Positions 14,515 to 28,974 are shown, counted from the whole stretch's first letter. The stretch is DNA of 63,971 bases, filler included, from Octopus bimaculoides (GCF_001194135.2; 3 parts of 3 records of this genome joined end to end with filler, not necessarily neighbours in it), one strand, 5' to 3'. Program-made: numbers and translations. Notes: generated by a model not told the origin, from the letters alone.

Positions 14515-15348
14515 CGAGAAAGGAAAAAAATTTCAGATCATATTTATATAACTGAGAAACACTTTCCTACACTTAAACGGTTTTCATATTGTATTTAAAA
14601 TTACACCTATACTTACTTTAAAATCGGCTAAATCAAAAAGAACATGTGAAATTTTAATTAAAAAAAATTCATCCCATCCATAATACTATTCTCTCCCTCT
14701 TACATCAATGAAAACAAAAGAATTTAAAAAATCAAAACCTTGAAATGTAATTATAATCCTAACTGGTGAAAATCAAAAACAACACCTGGTCTTCCAATTA
14801 AAAATGTAGACCACTTGATTACAACAAATTCCCCTCCCAAAAGGTCACTAAAAAAAAAAAAACATTGACTCAAGCAAGTTCAACAACACTGATACAAAAG
14901 CCACGCCTCCCCCACCTCTCAAACTTTATCCTTTTCTCTTTTCCCTTCCTCTGCAAACTCCGAAAACAATCCTACTTTCTTTTGTCTTCTCTGTCTTCAT
15001 TATCTCGCACACTCTCCTCCTCTCTCACCCTTGCACCTTCCTTTCTAGTTTGTTCCTCTCTCTGCCCTTTCCTCTCTTTTTCTAAAACATAATCAGTTTC
15101 AATTTTATATAAAAAGGCGAAGTAAACTTACTATAAACCACTTTTTTGATAAATCCGATAAGAGAAGAAAGCGCTAAAAATGTNNNNNNNNNNNNNNNNN
15201 NNNNNNNNNNNNNNNNNNNNNNNNNNNNNNNNNNNNNNNNNNNNNNNNNNNNNNNNNNNNNNNNNNNNNNNNNNNNNNNNNNNNNNNNNNNNNNNNNNNN
15301 NNNNNNNNNNNNNNNNNNNNNNNNNNNNNNNNNNNGGCTTAACGCTAT

Positions 15349-15387
<39 letters not shown>

Positions 15388-17669
15388 GTCTGTCTGCCTG
15401 TCTATATATATATGTGTGTCTGTGTCTGTGTGTGTGTGTGTGTGTGTTTGTGTGTCTGTGTGTGTGTATGTGTGTGTGTATGTGTGTGTGGGTGTGTGTG
15501 TGTGTGCATATAAACATCTGTATGCGGTGTGTATTTGTGTGAGTGTACGCCTACGTTAACCAGTTTGTATTCATGCGCAACAAGTTTGTGCATGACAGAT
15601 GAAAAAATTTCGATTATGTATATGTACACCTATATTGATTATGCCGATGTTAATATATTGTATTTCAACTCATAAAACATATGTTTTAAAAGCTCTGTAG
15701 GAATCGCCTAATAAAATATTTAATGTAAAGTCAAGAAATGCTGCAATAAAAGTAAATTCGATGCCTACTTGAATACAAAGGAGAGCGCTATGGTAGATTT
15801 TTAATTATAAAGGCAACACAAATTAGTAATTGGTTAAATTCACCTAAAACCCGTTTTACAATCATCTCTAAACTTTGAAGACAAATTGACTCAAATTCAG
15901 AATATAACGCTTAAAATGCAACACCAATAAATTTTCATGTCTCTAGTTATATCATTTTGATTATTTGAAAAGAGGACGACATAGCGCTATACATGGTGAT
16001 CGATGATTTAAAGACAATTATATTGGATCTTTGTAATAAGTAAAAAACAATATTAACTATATATATTGTATGCTCCCTCTTTGTTACATTTAAACTTCAA
16101 ATTCATATTCCTCGACCCGGTATGATTTATAAGTAATTAACTCCTTTATATTAATTGTCATCAGTGTTCCACATGTTTAAATAAGTGTTCAATATATTTT
16201 GGAATAATTCCATATGTGACTATTAAAATTTAACGTCTAGACTGCCTTGAATAAAGAAAATACATTGGACGGTGTACTTCTTATATATAAAATATGTAGG
16301 GTTAACACGAATGGAATGCTTTTGATCTTAGTTTTATCCTGCACATAGACAACAAAACTTGTAAAATAATTTCACTGTGCGTCACATATTTCGAAAGTCA
16401 TATTGTCTTTAAATATATATATATTTTAAAATTTATCATTGTGTAGATAAGTAGAATACACCTTTTAAATGACCACGTAACAACAATAATTAGTGAAGAA
16501 GCTTCATTTCTGTATCGTCGGGCATTTACAGACGATATACAGATGGCTTCGCTGATTATAGATGTAGTTATTGAAAATTTACTACAATAGAAAACAAACA
16601 TTCAAATCTTATGTCTCTAGAACCTACACTCACTAGAAGAATATGTACACATTTTGCGTCTAAGTTAGGATCCTATATCAATAAGATTTTTTTAATATAT
16701 ACCTAGGCTTATTCCCCATTCTTTTAGGAGTGGGTAGCCACAACAAAACACATGGGTATGACTATAAACTATATCTGGTAGAGGGACCCCGGCGCCCTGG
16801 TTTCACGGTTTGAAGAGTGTGGAACCACTTCTTAGCCACTATTGTTTCAAGGTCTACTCTGGCCCGGAGCGCTAGCACGTGTAAGGGTCCCAGCTATAGG
16901 ATAAAAAAAAACCCTTGCGACTGGGGGTGGGGACCGGTAGAATGTAGTCACCATATTGCCTGCGTGGAGTAAGAGGCGACTAAAAGGGGTGGGAGCGAAG
17001 GGACTGGAAATCCACTCCTAGTAATTTCAAATTCCTAAAAAGACAAGAAAATCTATAAGACCAGTATGCATAAAGCCTTCCAAATGTTTTCTCTCATTGC
17101 CTTAGCAGCCTACTGGATAGATATGTATAAGTATTCTGTCATTAGATACGATAAAACACGTGCTGCAAAAGTTATAACCCATGATATACACAAAAGATAT
17201 AGCTATAGTTTAGACACCTGCAAGATGTAGGTTAATGGCTAATACTGCACTTTTCAAATTGTGAAATAATTATTTTACAATGAACCGCGTTAAATAATAA
17301 GTGTTTAATTACATTTTTGCTGGACATTTCCCCTAGGAAATTAGTTGTGAAAATGAAAAATGGAAAATAATCTTGCTTAATTAAATTACAACCTTTCTAT
17401 AACTTCAAGCGGGAAATACTGTTAAGAAATATCCTGTTGGGGCACCATAGCGAACTCATGAAGTAATTTGATGATGAGTCACAGCGTAGTCTTTAGACTA
17501 TCGTTCCGCTGTCTAAAACAAAAGAAGTGTTCGTGTCCATTTGCCTGTGCTTAATTTTCAAATAGCAATACACATTCATACACACATACAATCACATTAC
17601 ACAGATACAAATGCACAAACCCACACACAACACATCTTCGCGCGTGCGCACGCACACAACACACACATA

Positions 17670-17875
17670 TACGAGGTGCTGAAAAGTTCCTAACTTTAGA
17701 TAAAATAAAATACATGACTTTCAGTTAATTTTCATTTTTTTTCAGCATATTCCCCTCTCAGGCTCACTTATGGCAATGGTTCTTCTGTTTTTCTAAGCCC
17801 TATAAAAGAACACGGAAGTCTCCTACCTGGCCTTCGCGATACCCTAACGCCAGGAACTTTTCAGCACCCCGCGTA
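17670..17875. mobile_element. mariner-derived MITE (~205 bp)
   Basis: TIRs TACGAGGTGCTGAAAAGTTCCT and AGGAACTTTTCAGCACCCCGCGTA, with TA at both ends and no coding interior. Confidence 0.85.
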
Positions 17876-17889
17876 TATACCAGCTCTTA

Positions 17890-18268
17890 GTCATGAGCTC
17901 ATGCTTGGGCGCCGCCTTGGAGAATTTTAGTCAAACTGATCGACCCTAAAGTTTATTTTCTTTTTAAACATGTTGTTTATTTTATTGGTCTCTTCTACAG
18001 AACCACTAGGTTACGGGGACGTAAACTTACCAGCACCGGTAGTCAAGCGGTGGCGGAGGGTAAGCATAGATACGAAGACACTCACGCACACGCTCACATT
18101 CATATATGTATACGACGGACTTATTTCTGTTTCCGTCAACCAAATCCATTCACAAGACTTTGGTCAACCCAAGGTTATGATAGAAAACAATTGCCCAAAG
18201 TGCCATGCTCCAGGACTGAACCCAGTACCATGTGATTAGGAAGCAAACTTCTAACCGCACAGCCATGA
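17890..18268 (-). mobile_element. long-family SINE copy
   Basis: Reverse-complement match to the 39037 copy (ggttacggggacgtaaac, caaatccattcacaagactttggtc, ggactgaacccagtaccatgtg). Confidence 0.85.
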
Positions 18269-19997
18269 CACTGTGTGTATCAGAGCCTGTGTCTTTCCTT
18301 GATAGAAATCGCTTATGTATGCAAAGAAAAATGAAATAGGAATAGAATCAGAAAAAGCATATACAAAAATTGCCATGACATGATAGTAACTATTTCACTA
18401 CTGCAAAATTAATATTCAAAGACTGTGAAAGTATACTGATATCTTAATTTTCTAGAATGTGTTAGCATTTTACAATATGTAGCGTGAGGTTTCTTTGTTA
18501 AATTCCTATTTACTGGAATTTCATGTTTAATTACCAAAGACAAAGCAAATTTAAGAGCCATTACTTGGAGACAGATCAAATCTAATGATAGCATACAGTT
18601 GAAGATGTCTCAATAAAGAGCCCAACATTCTATCTATATGTCCATAGGGAATAATTAATGATTCAGACGTTTGCCTTTTCATCCGGGTAATGTACCGAGA
18701 ATTAACCGGATAGTGTCGCTCCGGCTGTAGAATTATTCCTATAATGAAACAATATACAATATGTGTGTTTACTTCATCCCGTCATTACACATGAGTCATT
18801 AGAAAAGTGATTTTAGTGACAATTGCGAGCTACTAGTAAAGTGTTTAATAGTAACTGCAGTCGACAAAAGACGAAAAAGCTATTTTCAATGACATATATG
18901 TGGTCACTGGTACCACATATATGTTATTGAAAAATGAACTATTTCTCACTTAAAGAATATGCTATCTTTAACGTATTTGTTAGCGTATTGCACTCAGAGG
19001 CACAAGTCCGTAGTTTCGAATACTTGACCGAGTGGTGTGTTGTGATGTTGAGCAAATCTTACGTTGCTTCAGTAAATAATTTACCACCCTGGGAATGACT
19101 GGCGTCTTATTCAAAGAAATTTCGTGATCCCGGTATTTTACAAGCTATGAAAATAGGGTAACTGGCCCTATCAGACCTATGACTAGAGACACTGCTTTAC
19201 ATTTTATTTTTACCATGTGTTGGTAGATAACACAATTGTCATGAAAGTGACATAATTTTATGTATTATGAGAATTAACGTGATGCTATAGTTTTAAATCT
19301 GCTGTTGGCTCATAAATTATAATTGTTATCCAGTGAGCATGTTTTAGTTTAATCACTTAAAAGTGCCTAAGCTGGTAACAATTTCAGACCTCCCAGCATA
19401 CAACTTGCAACACTTCTCAAACGTCAAATCGACGAGCCCTAAAATTGGTGTTAAAATAACATTTTAAATTAGTTCGACTATGTAAGATCGTAGTGTTTTC
19501 AGGCAAAGAAACACATTTATTCATTATTTTATACGCTTTATGACGAAATTGGTCGGTATCATCTCAGTACTTATTCTTTGTATTAAAAAAAAAACTATGA
19601 GATTATATTACGTTCATATATTAAGGCATCGTTGAACCTTGATTTAAATAGTATAGTAATCACTCGCCATATCGCGGTTCACCTACCGCGCCCTCAGTAC
19701 ATTGTTTGGGCTAATATATGTAAATTTATAACACGGACTCCTCAGCGGGTTTCTGCGGTCGATAGGTATTATGTGTTTTTTAGATTTTAACTATTTCTGT
19801 GGTAAAATAGCATTTTTACGCCTAAAAATTCATTAACTAATAAATAAAAACACAGTACAGTACCGCACTGTATTACACATTAATTAATATATCATAAAAG
19901 AAAATTCGTAGTCTACCGTAGATGAGTAGTAAACAAAGAATCACACTGTATGGAAAACCAAAGTATATGAGGGGAGAGTTTGTAAAAGCTTAAATAC

Positions 19998-20281
19998 TAA
20001 TCAAAGGACATACTAAATATGTCTATCTCCTGGAAATAACAGTTAAACTTTTATTTAAATCGCCAAAATACATTAATAAGAACTACAGAAATCAACCGTC
20101 CAAACGCAAATGGACTAAGACAATCTCTCAGCATGCTTTCAAGTATTTGGACTCACGTGGACCGGTTTCTGCACTGGAAATTAAACTCGGTTGATTTCTG
20201 TAGTTATTATCAGTGTATTTTGGCAAAGAGTCTTGACAGTTATTTCCAGCAGGTAGACATATTTGGTATGCCCTTTGATTA
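19998..20281. mobile_element. fold-back MITE with ~100-bp imperfect inverted arms
   Basis: taatcaaaggacatactaaatatgtcta...ctggaaataac...aactacagaaatcaaccg pairs with cggttgatttctgtagtt...gttatttccagcaggtagacatatttggtatgccctttgatta. Single-arm relics occur near 23750, 29715 and 48100. Confidence 0.8.
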
Positions 20282-22449
20282 ATTTTAATCCCTCAGCTAT
20301 TTAACGCTATTCTTGGGACCTGCAAACGCCTATATTATTGAATCTGTTATTATCATTTTTAACTTCTTACAATAAATAATAACAGAGTCAATGATTTCTT
20401 CGCAAATTATACTTTCGTGAATTATTTATCTGTATTAAAAGCTTAAATATAAACGTATANNNNNNNNNNNNNNNNNNNNNNNNNNNNNNNNNNNNNNNNN
20501 NNNNNNNNNNNNNNNNNNNNNNNNNNNNNNNNNNNNNNNNTATATATATATATATGCAACTTATAAAAATAGTATAAAATAGTATAGTATAAAAATCTTC
20601 GAATGTATAGTCCGTTGTCAGTAATAAAACAATTGGGAAAAGATCGTAGATGAAGAAGTAAACATACGACGAAGTTCTCTATTGACATTCAAATTTCTGG
20701 CGAAAGCCATTTTACTTTCGATTAAACTACTAAAATCCTAGAAAATACATTTCGGCTAAAGGCTTTCAAAATAGATAAATGCTATGATTAAAATGATTAC
20801 AGATTTAATAACTTTAAAGATTTTAGTAGCAGAATTAACATTTCCAAGATGAATAGGTTCCTTTATAAAGGATGTGTTAATCTCAGGTTAAAACCTATAT
20901 TCCTAAAGATACAAATATCGTGAACGAAGAGATTCGGGCATGTGCACAAAACAAAAGTGTTTAATTGAGAAATATGACCCGCAGGTAACTTCTAACATAT
21001 GTAACATTTGCGAATTCGTTGCTTAATAAATACTTGCAATCACGTTATATGTCTTATGTATACAAGGAAAATAGACTAATTGATACGCTCTTATGTAAAA
21101 TAAAACACTCGTGTATATGAACAGATAGCATGTGTGTGAATGTGTATCTATATCTGTAGATATATATACACATATATAAATGCATGTCTGAATTTATATA
21201 TGTATGTCATTATTCTCCTCTATTTCAAGATTTCTGTCCAATAGAGAAAACAAGAACGAAAACAAGAACGAAAAAAAAAACGGAGAAATGTTACACAAAT
21301 ACAAATTCAAATAACAGGACATAACAACAGGTGTCTAGGATTCGCTTTATGAGACTCCGGCGTTACGAGTTCAAGCACAAAATCCAAATTTTGAACTAAG
21401 TGCAAATGTTTCTGCTACCAAACAAATGCCTCTGCGTCTTACCGAAAAAATTATAGAGAGCAATAACATGCTTCTTCTAAGCAAACAACTCTAGACTTGA
21501 TTTTTAAAAAGAAATCTTCAAGTCTGTCAACGAGTGTTTGTGAAAATCGGCGATCACGTTTACAAGTGATAGTGTGTGTGATTCTAGTGCAAGTGAAAGT
21601 GATGCAGAAAGTGATTATAATAGCATCTTTTATCATATATGATCCTGATATTCTTTTTACTTTAGATAAAATATTCTTTACATTCTACTGTTGTCTTATT
21701 GCCATTTATTTACGAATATTATAAATTTTATAGGTAAAATATTTTTTCTAGGAACGAATTACGATTTATAGTATTGCTATCATAGGAAGTTATTGCTCTG
21801 TGTTACGAGTTTTTGCTTAACGAGCGGTCTCCGGAAACAAATTAACTCCTTTATAGTGGCATCGCGATATATGAATGAAACATGTGTATGTTTAATTACA
21901 TATGTGTATAAATAACTATTTATCCGTGTACGTATAGTATCTATGTGAGTATGTGTTTATATGTATGTACGTAATCTTGCAGGACCTACCCGACCTCCAA
22001 AACCCCAAGCTACTAAGGGAAAATTTGAAAGGAATGATTGAAACAACCTATGATCGGTGTTTAGGAGTTGCTAGTTTGTCCTTATCTGGTTTAGGAATAT
22101 GATGGATGTAAGCTCTCTTACGATGACAAGGTCACGACAGCAAGAGAAAGGGAATTAGGTTTCGGCGGATTTCGGAAGCCAGATGATATGTTCAGGCGTT
22201 GTTAATTTGCACTTAGTTGCTGGCGTAATCTTGCTTACCACGACAAGGTCACGCCAACAAGAGAGAATGATTTGGATTTCGGGAGATTTTGGGGACCAGA
22301 TGATAATGAACATGGGGATGTGTTGGGGTTTGTGGAGAGGAGGCAAGAAAGAGTGCATTAATATTGGTAGCCAGGGAAAGGGCGAAATTGAAAGGGCTTG
22401 AGTGAGGGGGAGAAAAAGTGATTCAACGAGCAGGGGAAAAGGTGTGGCA

Positions 22450-22479
22450 GGGATGAGGGAGTTGGGTCAGGGTGGTGGG
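22450..22479 (+). other. potential G-quadruplex motif (five GGG tracts)
   Basis: GGGATGAGGGAGTTGGGTCAGGGTGGTGGG, with loops of 3-4 nt. Confidence 0.5.
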
Positions 22480-22795
22480 TAGATTGATACAGGTAATTAG
22501 ATGCTGGGTAGGGAAACGTTCTCGTACGGTCGCAATCTAACCCTTTTCGCCACAATCACCCTTCCACCGATTTCACCTCATTTACAAGACTCAGGCCATC
22601 CACACACGCACGTGAATTTTACAACATTCAGCTCTCTTTCTTTCTCTCTCAGTCATTCTCTCCTCCCCCTTCCTCCTCTTTCCCTCCATCTCTCCCGCTC
22701 ATTCCTTCTCTGATAGCCACTCCTCTATCTGCATCTACAATTAGCTACAAGGGGGAGCTCTTCTCTCTCTTTTTCTCTTTCTCTCTCTCTCTCTC

Positions 22796-22852
<57 letters not shown>

Positions 22853-24539
22853 TTCACCTCTATCTGCTGCATCTGCAGACGTGATTCGAATCCCATTTTT
22901 TTAGAAAGATGATTTATTTTCATGAGTGATGGGGGAGTGCAATGATCGAGATCTTTCTTTGTTTTTAATGAATCAAATTGGGGTGAAATACAAACCATAC
23001 AAGCATACGTGCGTCCCGCACCATTCCATGAAATAGAATGAACTCGGTAAGAAGTGAGCCGGCGGGCAGTTACCACCTCATAATAGCCTGTCTTTTTATT
23101 TCCTAGTGGATTTCCCAAATGGCTTCATATTAGAATATTTATATGGTGTCGTTTAGTTTTCTTTCGAAAATGCCGATATGTGGCAATTTACATTCTTTCA
23201 GTCATATAAGAGATACATATACGACATCTGAAACTATGAAGGAATGGTGTGTGTTACATATTAGGCTCTTTGGTAATCGAAGAAGTACGATCGCGTATAT
23301 AAATGGCTGAAATAGGTTTCTCTGAAGGATCACTGTAATAACGTTTGTCTGCCGAATGCTTACCTCATAAAAATTAGGGTATATCTCCAGCTTGAACCGC
23401 AACTTGTCCGCATTGAATGGTTACAGCTCCAGTGCTACGGGCAAGTCGCAGGAAAAATTCACAAAACAGAGTCTTCGAGCTGAGTTAACTAGCAAAGAAA
23501 GGGGTGACAAAGAACGAGATAGCTGAATAATATCATTAATCTCAGAGCGTCATACTTGGGAATCCAGCCCAAAAGCGCAATGACGATTCCTTCCAATATG
23601 ACTTTATGGAGGAGGAGACTGAGGATTTTAGCCCCACGACACCCTAAGGAATATTGATCGGAGAAAATGGATGGATGGACGATTTGCGGTGATACTTGTA
23701 TTTCTCAAGTGCAGTAGACATGAATATACGATAACTTAAACGATCGAGGAGAGATTTCTGTTATTTTGCAAGAGTCTATAGCTAGTCTTATCTTTAACGT
23801 AACAGTTGAATTGTGTATATTAGTATCCAGTATATAACAAATACGTAGTTTTATAAACATTGTAGAAATGGAAGATCAAATTATTGCGCATTTGAACGGA
23901 TATAGCGAAGGTAAGGATCGAACCGTTTCCTTCTTCGTGACATCGCCCACTGGAATTTGCTACCTAAATGCAAATGAGACTTCTTCATAGGGGATTCTAA
24001 AGCAGATCAAGACCCCTATAATACTATAAGCGAGGTTTCTCGTGATTGTATGTATTGAGAGACATCGTCAGTCTGGATGGTGACGGATGGAAGGACTAAC
24101 TGTGAAGGCGGATTTCGAGGTTGAACTGGTACTGTTGATTATGTCGACTCCAGTTCATAACTGGTATTATTCTATATTTATTTTGTCGAACCTCAAATCA
24201 TGAAATGTAAATATGACCTTCACAACTGCTTTCCTTTTGATCTTTTAGGTACAATTCATGGATTTCATAGAAAAGATTAGGGAAGAAGGGACTTGCCAGG
24301 AGAAACCACACAAACACACACTCATGTACACACAGACACACACTTAAATACACACAGACACACACTCATGTACATACATACACACACACACATTCACACA
24401 CACTCACACAAACACACTCAGAGAATATAATTATAAATGTCTGTGTAAGTCTGTATGTATATATATATATATATATATATCAGCATCCAGTATTCCAGTA
24501 TATAACAAATATATACAAAATATGGGGGGGATTTAGTTC

Positions 24540-25100
24540 ACAGGTGATCTAAAAGGTTAGGCATGCTAGGTAAGTGGTGTAACGGATTGCTACCGCTCCA
24601 AGGTAATAGCCGAGACGGAAGTTATGGAGCCATTGTAGATTTCCGATATATAATTGTTAAAGAGGATAACAAACGTTAAGGCAAGGCAAACATCTCAATT
24701 AATACGCATTATTACTTGGAATTTGAAAGAAAAAAATATGTACCTACTGAGACAGAAAATTTTGCGAGACTTTAAGAGTTTATATGCAAAACAGACCGAG
24801 TACAATTGTGGGGAAACGCTGGATCTGAAATGCTTTCACTTGCTGGCTTCCATAGTTTCAGCGACGTAGTTCTGAATGCAGGTTGTTTGATTGTGGTGTT
24901 TTTAATGCGCAATAGTTTCCAAGTGCTGGTCCCGGGAAAATGTAGGCTAACAATGATTAAATCTGGTTGTAATACGAGATGCGTCGAGGTCGGCTGCCTC
25001 TTTTTCGTAGATAGAAGTCTTGTCGATATCTGGAATTTGGACTGCGAAATTTCGATACGTGAATGCATTATTCGTTTACTTACTGATTCATAGATTGTAG
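24540..25100 (+). mobile_element. possible highly degraded LINE 5' region (APE endonuclease start)
   Basis: QLIRIITWNL resembles the endonuclease N-terminal motif LRIATWNV. Little else is recognisable. Confidence 0.3.
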
Positions 25101-25524
25101 CTTGATAGAGACCACATAGCTTGTTGAAGATTGCATACTGGTTTCTTCAATGCAGGATTTAACAGGATAAAACCTTCGGAGTGAGTGTAGATATAATAGA
25201 TATATTTTGCTCATATATGCAATTCACGTGATTTCACCCTGATCAGGTTACTCAGTGGTAGACGTTGGGTAGCAATAACACAATCAAATCTCACTGCCAA
25301 CGATATATAGGATTCCAGTGTAGTTTCTGATACTGATATCACAAAAGCTAGCAAGTTTATTAAAAAGTAATAAATAGCAACAGAAATGGTATTAAAGGCA
25401 AAAGACAATCTTTTTGCCGAAATGAAAGTGAAAGTTGCGTTCGAGCATTGCATACTGCAATACTTTCCTTGAGAGAATCCCTCATAATTATATGTAGGGA
25501 AAATACCTCCTTTGGTCATGAATG

Positions 25525-25835
25525 GTCACAGGATGCACCTAGAAAGGTATCCTGCGAGGCACAAGTCTGGGCAAGGTTGCTTATAGAAGACTAGCAGTCG
25601 CCCATGCGTACCAGTCTCCCCTGTCCACGTCACCGACACTATCCAAGGGAAAAACAAAGGCCGATACAGCTTTCACCAATGACGTCACAACTCCTTTCTA
25701 ACACCGAGGGAACTGAACTAACGTGAAATAAAGTGTATTGCACAAGAACACAACAAAGAGCCCGGCCTGGGAATCGAACTCACTACCTCATAATTGTAAT
25801 CTCGACGCCCTTACCACTAAGGCATGCGCCTTCAC
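25525..25835 (-). mobile_element. third SINE family, tRNA-derived head at the right end
   Basis: Plus strand shows gggaatcgaactcactacctc...ccttaccactaaggc, the reverse complement of a tRNA-like A/B-box head. The core aacgtgaaataaagtgtattgcacaagaacacaac is of the type conserved in invertebrate SINEs. Confidence 0.75.
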
Positions 25836-26740
25836 ACACACACACACACACACACACACGCATATATATACAGAGAAAGTGAGACACGGAGAGAAAGAGA
25901 GAGAGAGACTGATGAAAAATACTAAGGAAGCGTTGAAAATGCGTCAAAATCTTTTTATATACAGGTATACTTCCTCTGTAATTAAAACAAGTTTAATATT
26001 TTAGCACAAAGGAAAAATAGTGTATTGACATTTATGAAAAGAAAAATACTGAAATACTTTTCAGCGAATACATGTTTACATATTATAGTCTAACTGAATA
26101 TATATTAGTGTACATGTTCATAAATTTGACGTATATAACACAAATGAGGAGTGAAATTAAAAAGTGATTACATTACTTCAAGTCTTCTCTGTATAAAAAA
26201 GGTTTTAGTGCATGCGTTTTTGAGAGTGCTGCGTCTAAAAAAGGTTTTGTCGCAGAAGAAAAAATTATATAGAAAGAGACATAGTTAGATGGAGACAGTT
26301 AGATGGAGACATAGATAATGCTGGGAGGAATAACACAGACGAATATCAAGAAAAGAAAAAATAGAGCGAAATCAATTTTTATCTGAAAAACATAAAGCTC
26401 ATGTAAAAATGATGAACAGGGATACAGATACCAAAAGTTTCTCTTTCAGCATGCGCACACACTAAGGCGGGCACACACATACTCACAGAGATAACGACAT
26501 ACGCAAGCGTTTCCGATATTTGGGTGATAATGGGTATTGTTCTGCATGGGTGGACTTGCTTAAAGGATCCGCTGCGGACCGGGCCGAAAACCAGGGTTAT
26601 TTATCACTAGACTAGCCATACACATGCATACATATACATAATTATATACATATACCAATATATAGAGCGAGGGAGATAAAAGAGTGTGTGTTTATANNNN
26701 NNNNNNNNNNNNNNNNNNNNNNNNNNNNNNNNNNNNNNNN

Positions 26741-26752
26741 TTAATTAATTAA
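26741..26752. other. artificial TTAATTAATTAA linker inside an N-gap (second instance at 45738-45749)
   Basis: An identical 12-mer giving stops in all six frames is flanked on both sides by Ns at two places. Confidence 0.85.
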
Positions 26753-26933
26753 NNNNNNNNNNNNNNNNNNNNNNNNNNNNNNNNNNNNNNNNNNNNAGAC
26801 TGTTTCACTAACTCATGCTCTAGATCTGTCCGGTTTTGAATTACTTTAATTTTAAGTTGCTCTTCCCTTGACGCTTTCCTGAACTCAGAAGTTTATTTAC
26901 CTGGGTGAGTAGCAGTAATAAACATTGTTACTT

Positions 26934-27164
26934 AGAGGGCGGCGAGCTGGCAGAATCGTTAGCACGCTGGGCGGAATGCTTAGCAGTATTTCGTCTGCCG
27001 TTACATTCTGAGTTCAAATTCCGCCGAGGTCGACTTTGCCTTTCATCCTTTCGGGGTTGATTAAATAAGTACCAGTTACGCACTGGGGTCGTTGTAATCG
27101 ACTTAATCCTTTTGTCTGTCCTTGTTTATCCCCTCTATGTTTAGCCCTCTGTGAGCAATAAAGA
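26934..27164 (+). mobile_element. young short-family tRNA SINE with a 17-bp target-site duplication
   Basis: ggcggcgagctggcagaatcgttagc...gagttcaaattccgccgaggtcgac...aataaagaaataa. It is flanked by AATAAACATTGTTACTT (26917-26933) and AATAAACACTGTTACTT (27165-27181). Confidence 0.92.
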
Positions 27165-28309
27165 AATAAACACTGTTACTTGGAATTTGCTGTTCTTATA
27201 TCATGAGTCTACCCCACCTACCGCTTATTTATTCTTTCCATTCTATTCCGTGATTTTTCTCTGATACATAGGGCAGGTTTCAATTCACATCATTTTTCTA
27301 TTGTTTCCTTAATGTTTCTTGGTTCCATTGTACACATTGAATCTGTTCTGTTGTCTATATCCAGAGAATTACATGCGGTGAATGAAGATTTGTGAATGTT
27401 TATATTTCACAAGATTGTCACAAGCGGGATATATTTTTCATTATTCTCATTAAGTCTGTTGTTAGTGTGTATATTTTTATACTTTCGGGTATAGCAAAAT
27501 TTTAGTGAACTAAATATTTTGTGACCATGGGTTTCTCATAATGTTAATACAGGAACTGTATTGTTTCTTGCCAGAGTTCGGTATCTAACGACACACATCA
27601 AACTTACAAAGAACTCTTCAACCCAGCGAAGAGTCTTCTATGTAGTCACTGTATCTGCCTAATAAAAAAGGTAAACGAAAATAATGTTCATTTGTCACAA
27701 TATTTTTACTCCATGAACAATTGGCAAAAGATAAGTGAACTGGTAGTATAAAAATAAATATCCTCATAACAGCATATCTCATATAAATGACAACACAACA
27801 GTATATAAGCTACATAATATCATAAAAGAATAATATAAGTACAATAATCTCTATCTCCCTTCAGTCTGAGACCTGTTAGCAAAGACTAATAAAATAATTT
27901 CACGATTAATACTTGCGCCTTGCTGGAAAGCTTTTTGTGCGATGCATTGTTTAAAGCTGCTTCCACTACCACTGGAAAGTACTTGATATCATTTCTGATA
28001 CAATGCAAGCTTCTTTACTGATAAAGAGTTTTATCAGATCTGTCAGTGAAATTGTCTGTCTTCTGTCTACCACGAAGATCAATGTCTAACGCTGGAGGAT
28101 CAATTTTCTTTGAATTCTAATGTCTTTGTTATTGGTTACGTACATTTGCATCGTCACAATAATGAACTCACATTCTCTTTATTTCTTAATAAGCAAATTA
28201 ATATTTTATTCCAAATAAGGCATGTTTGGTATCCTGTGTCTGTCGTTGATAGCATTATAACACTTTTGAGTATACGAAAGAAATCAATTTCAAAAGCGTG
28301 GCAAATCTC

Positions 28310-28530
28310 AGGAATAATCTTTTCTTCTAAAGGTACAAAGCCTGAAATTTTTAAGGAGGGTGCTGGTGGAATACATCGACCTCCGTGTCCAACTGGTACT
28401 TATTTCATCGACTCTGAAAGGATGAAAGGCAATGTCGACCTAAGAATATGAACTCAGAACGTAAATACGAACAAAATGCCGCGAATCATTTTGTCCGGCG
28501 AGGTAACGATTCTGCTAGCTCGCTGCCGTC
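28310..28530 (-). mobile_element. older short-family SINE copy
   Basis: Reverse-complement match to 26934-27164 (aactggtacttatttcatcgac...aaggatgaaaggcaatgtcgacc...aacgattctgctagctcgc). Confidence 0.85.
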
Positions 28531-28932
28531 AAAAATATGCTGGAAAAGTAAGGCTGATAAAAGGCTGTGGTTCTAAATTTGGCTGGGACCTTATATCAGT
28601 TAGTTGATCATAAATGTAATAATAAAGGGTTACTCCTCGTCGATTAGATATGTGACTATTTTCGAGGTGTAATGATGTATAATGTGTCCAATACAACACT
28701 TCTATCGTCGTCTGTTTTAACTGTTTTTGTACCGTTTTTTTTTGGGGGGGGGGCTGGAGCCTGTTTCTGCAACATCCACTTTTCAATAATTCCAAGATAG
28801 AATATCAATACATAAAATCATGTTAATCTCTAGAGAGGACACATTTGATAAGATAGTCATAATTATAAATGTACCAGAGAAAAAAAAAAGAAAACGTATT
28901 AAAGCTGTTTGATCATAGGTCTAATCGACTTG

Positions 28933-28974
28933 GTAGCAGTAACAGTTGAAACTGGGTTCAACTGTTACTGCTAC
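28933..28974. repeat. perfect 18-bp hairpin with a 6-nt loop
   Basis: GTAGCAGTAACAGTTGAA-ACTGGG-TTCAACTGTTACTGCTAC. Confidence 0.85.

Noticed and set aside
16770-17000. GC-rich repeat with gcgtggagtaagaggcgactaaaagggg, suspected of being an HDV-like ribozyme at a LINE 5' end
   Set aside because: I could not build the nested double pseudoknot by eye. It needs a covariance-model search.
22741-23118. 125-aa minus ORF
   Set aside because: One third is (GA)n translation, there is no recognisable domain, and no supporting splice structure was found.
26741-26752. TTAATTAATTAA islands inside N runs (also 45738-45749)
   Set aside because: Artificial scaffolding linker, not biology.
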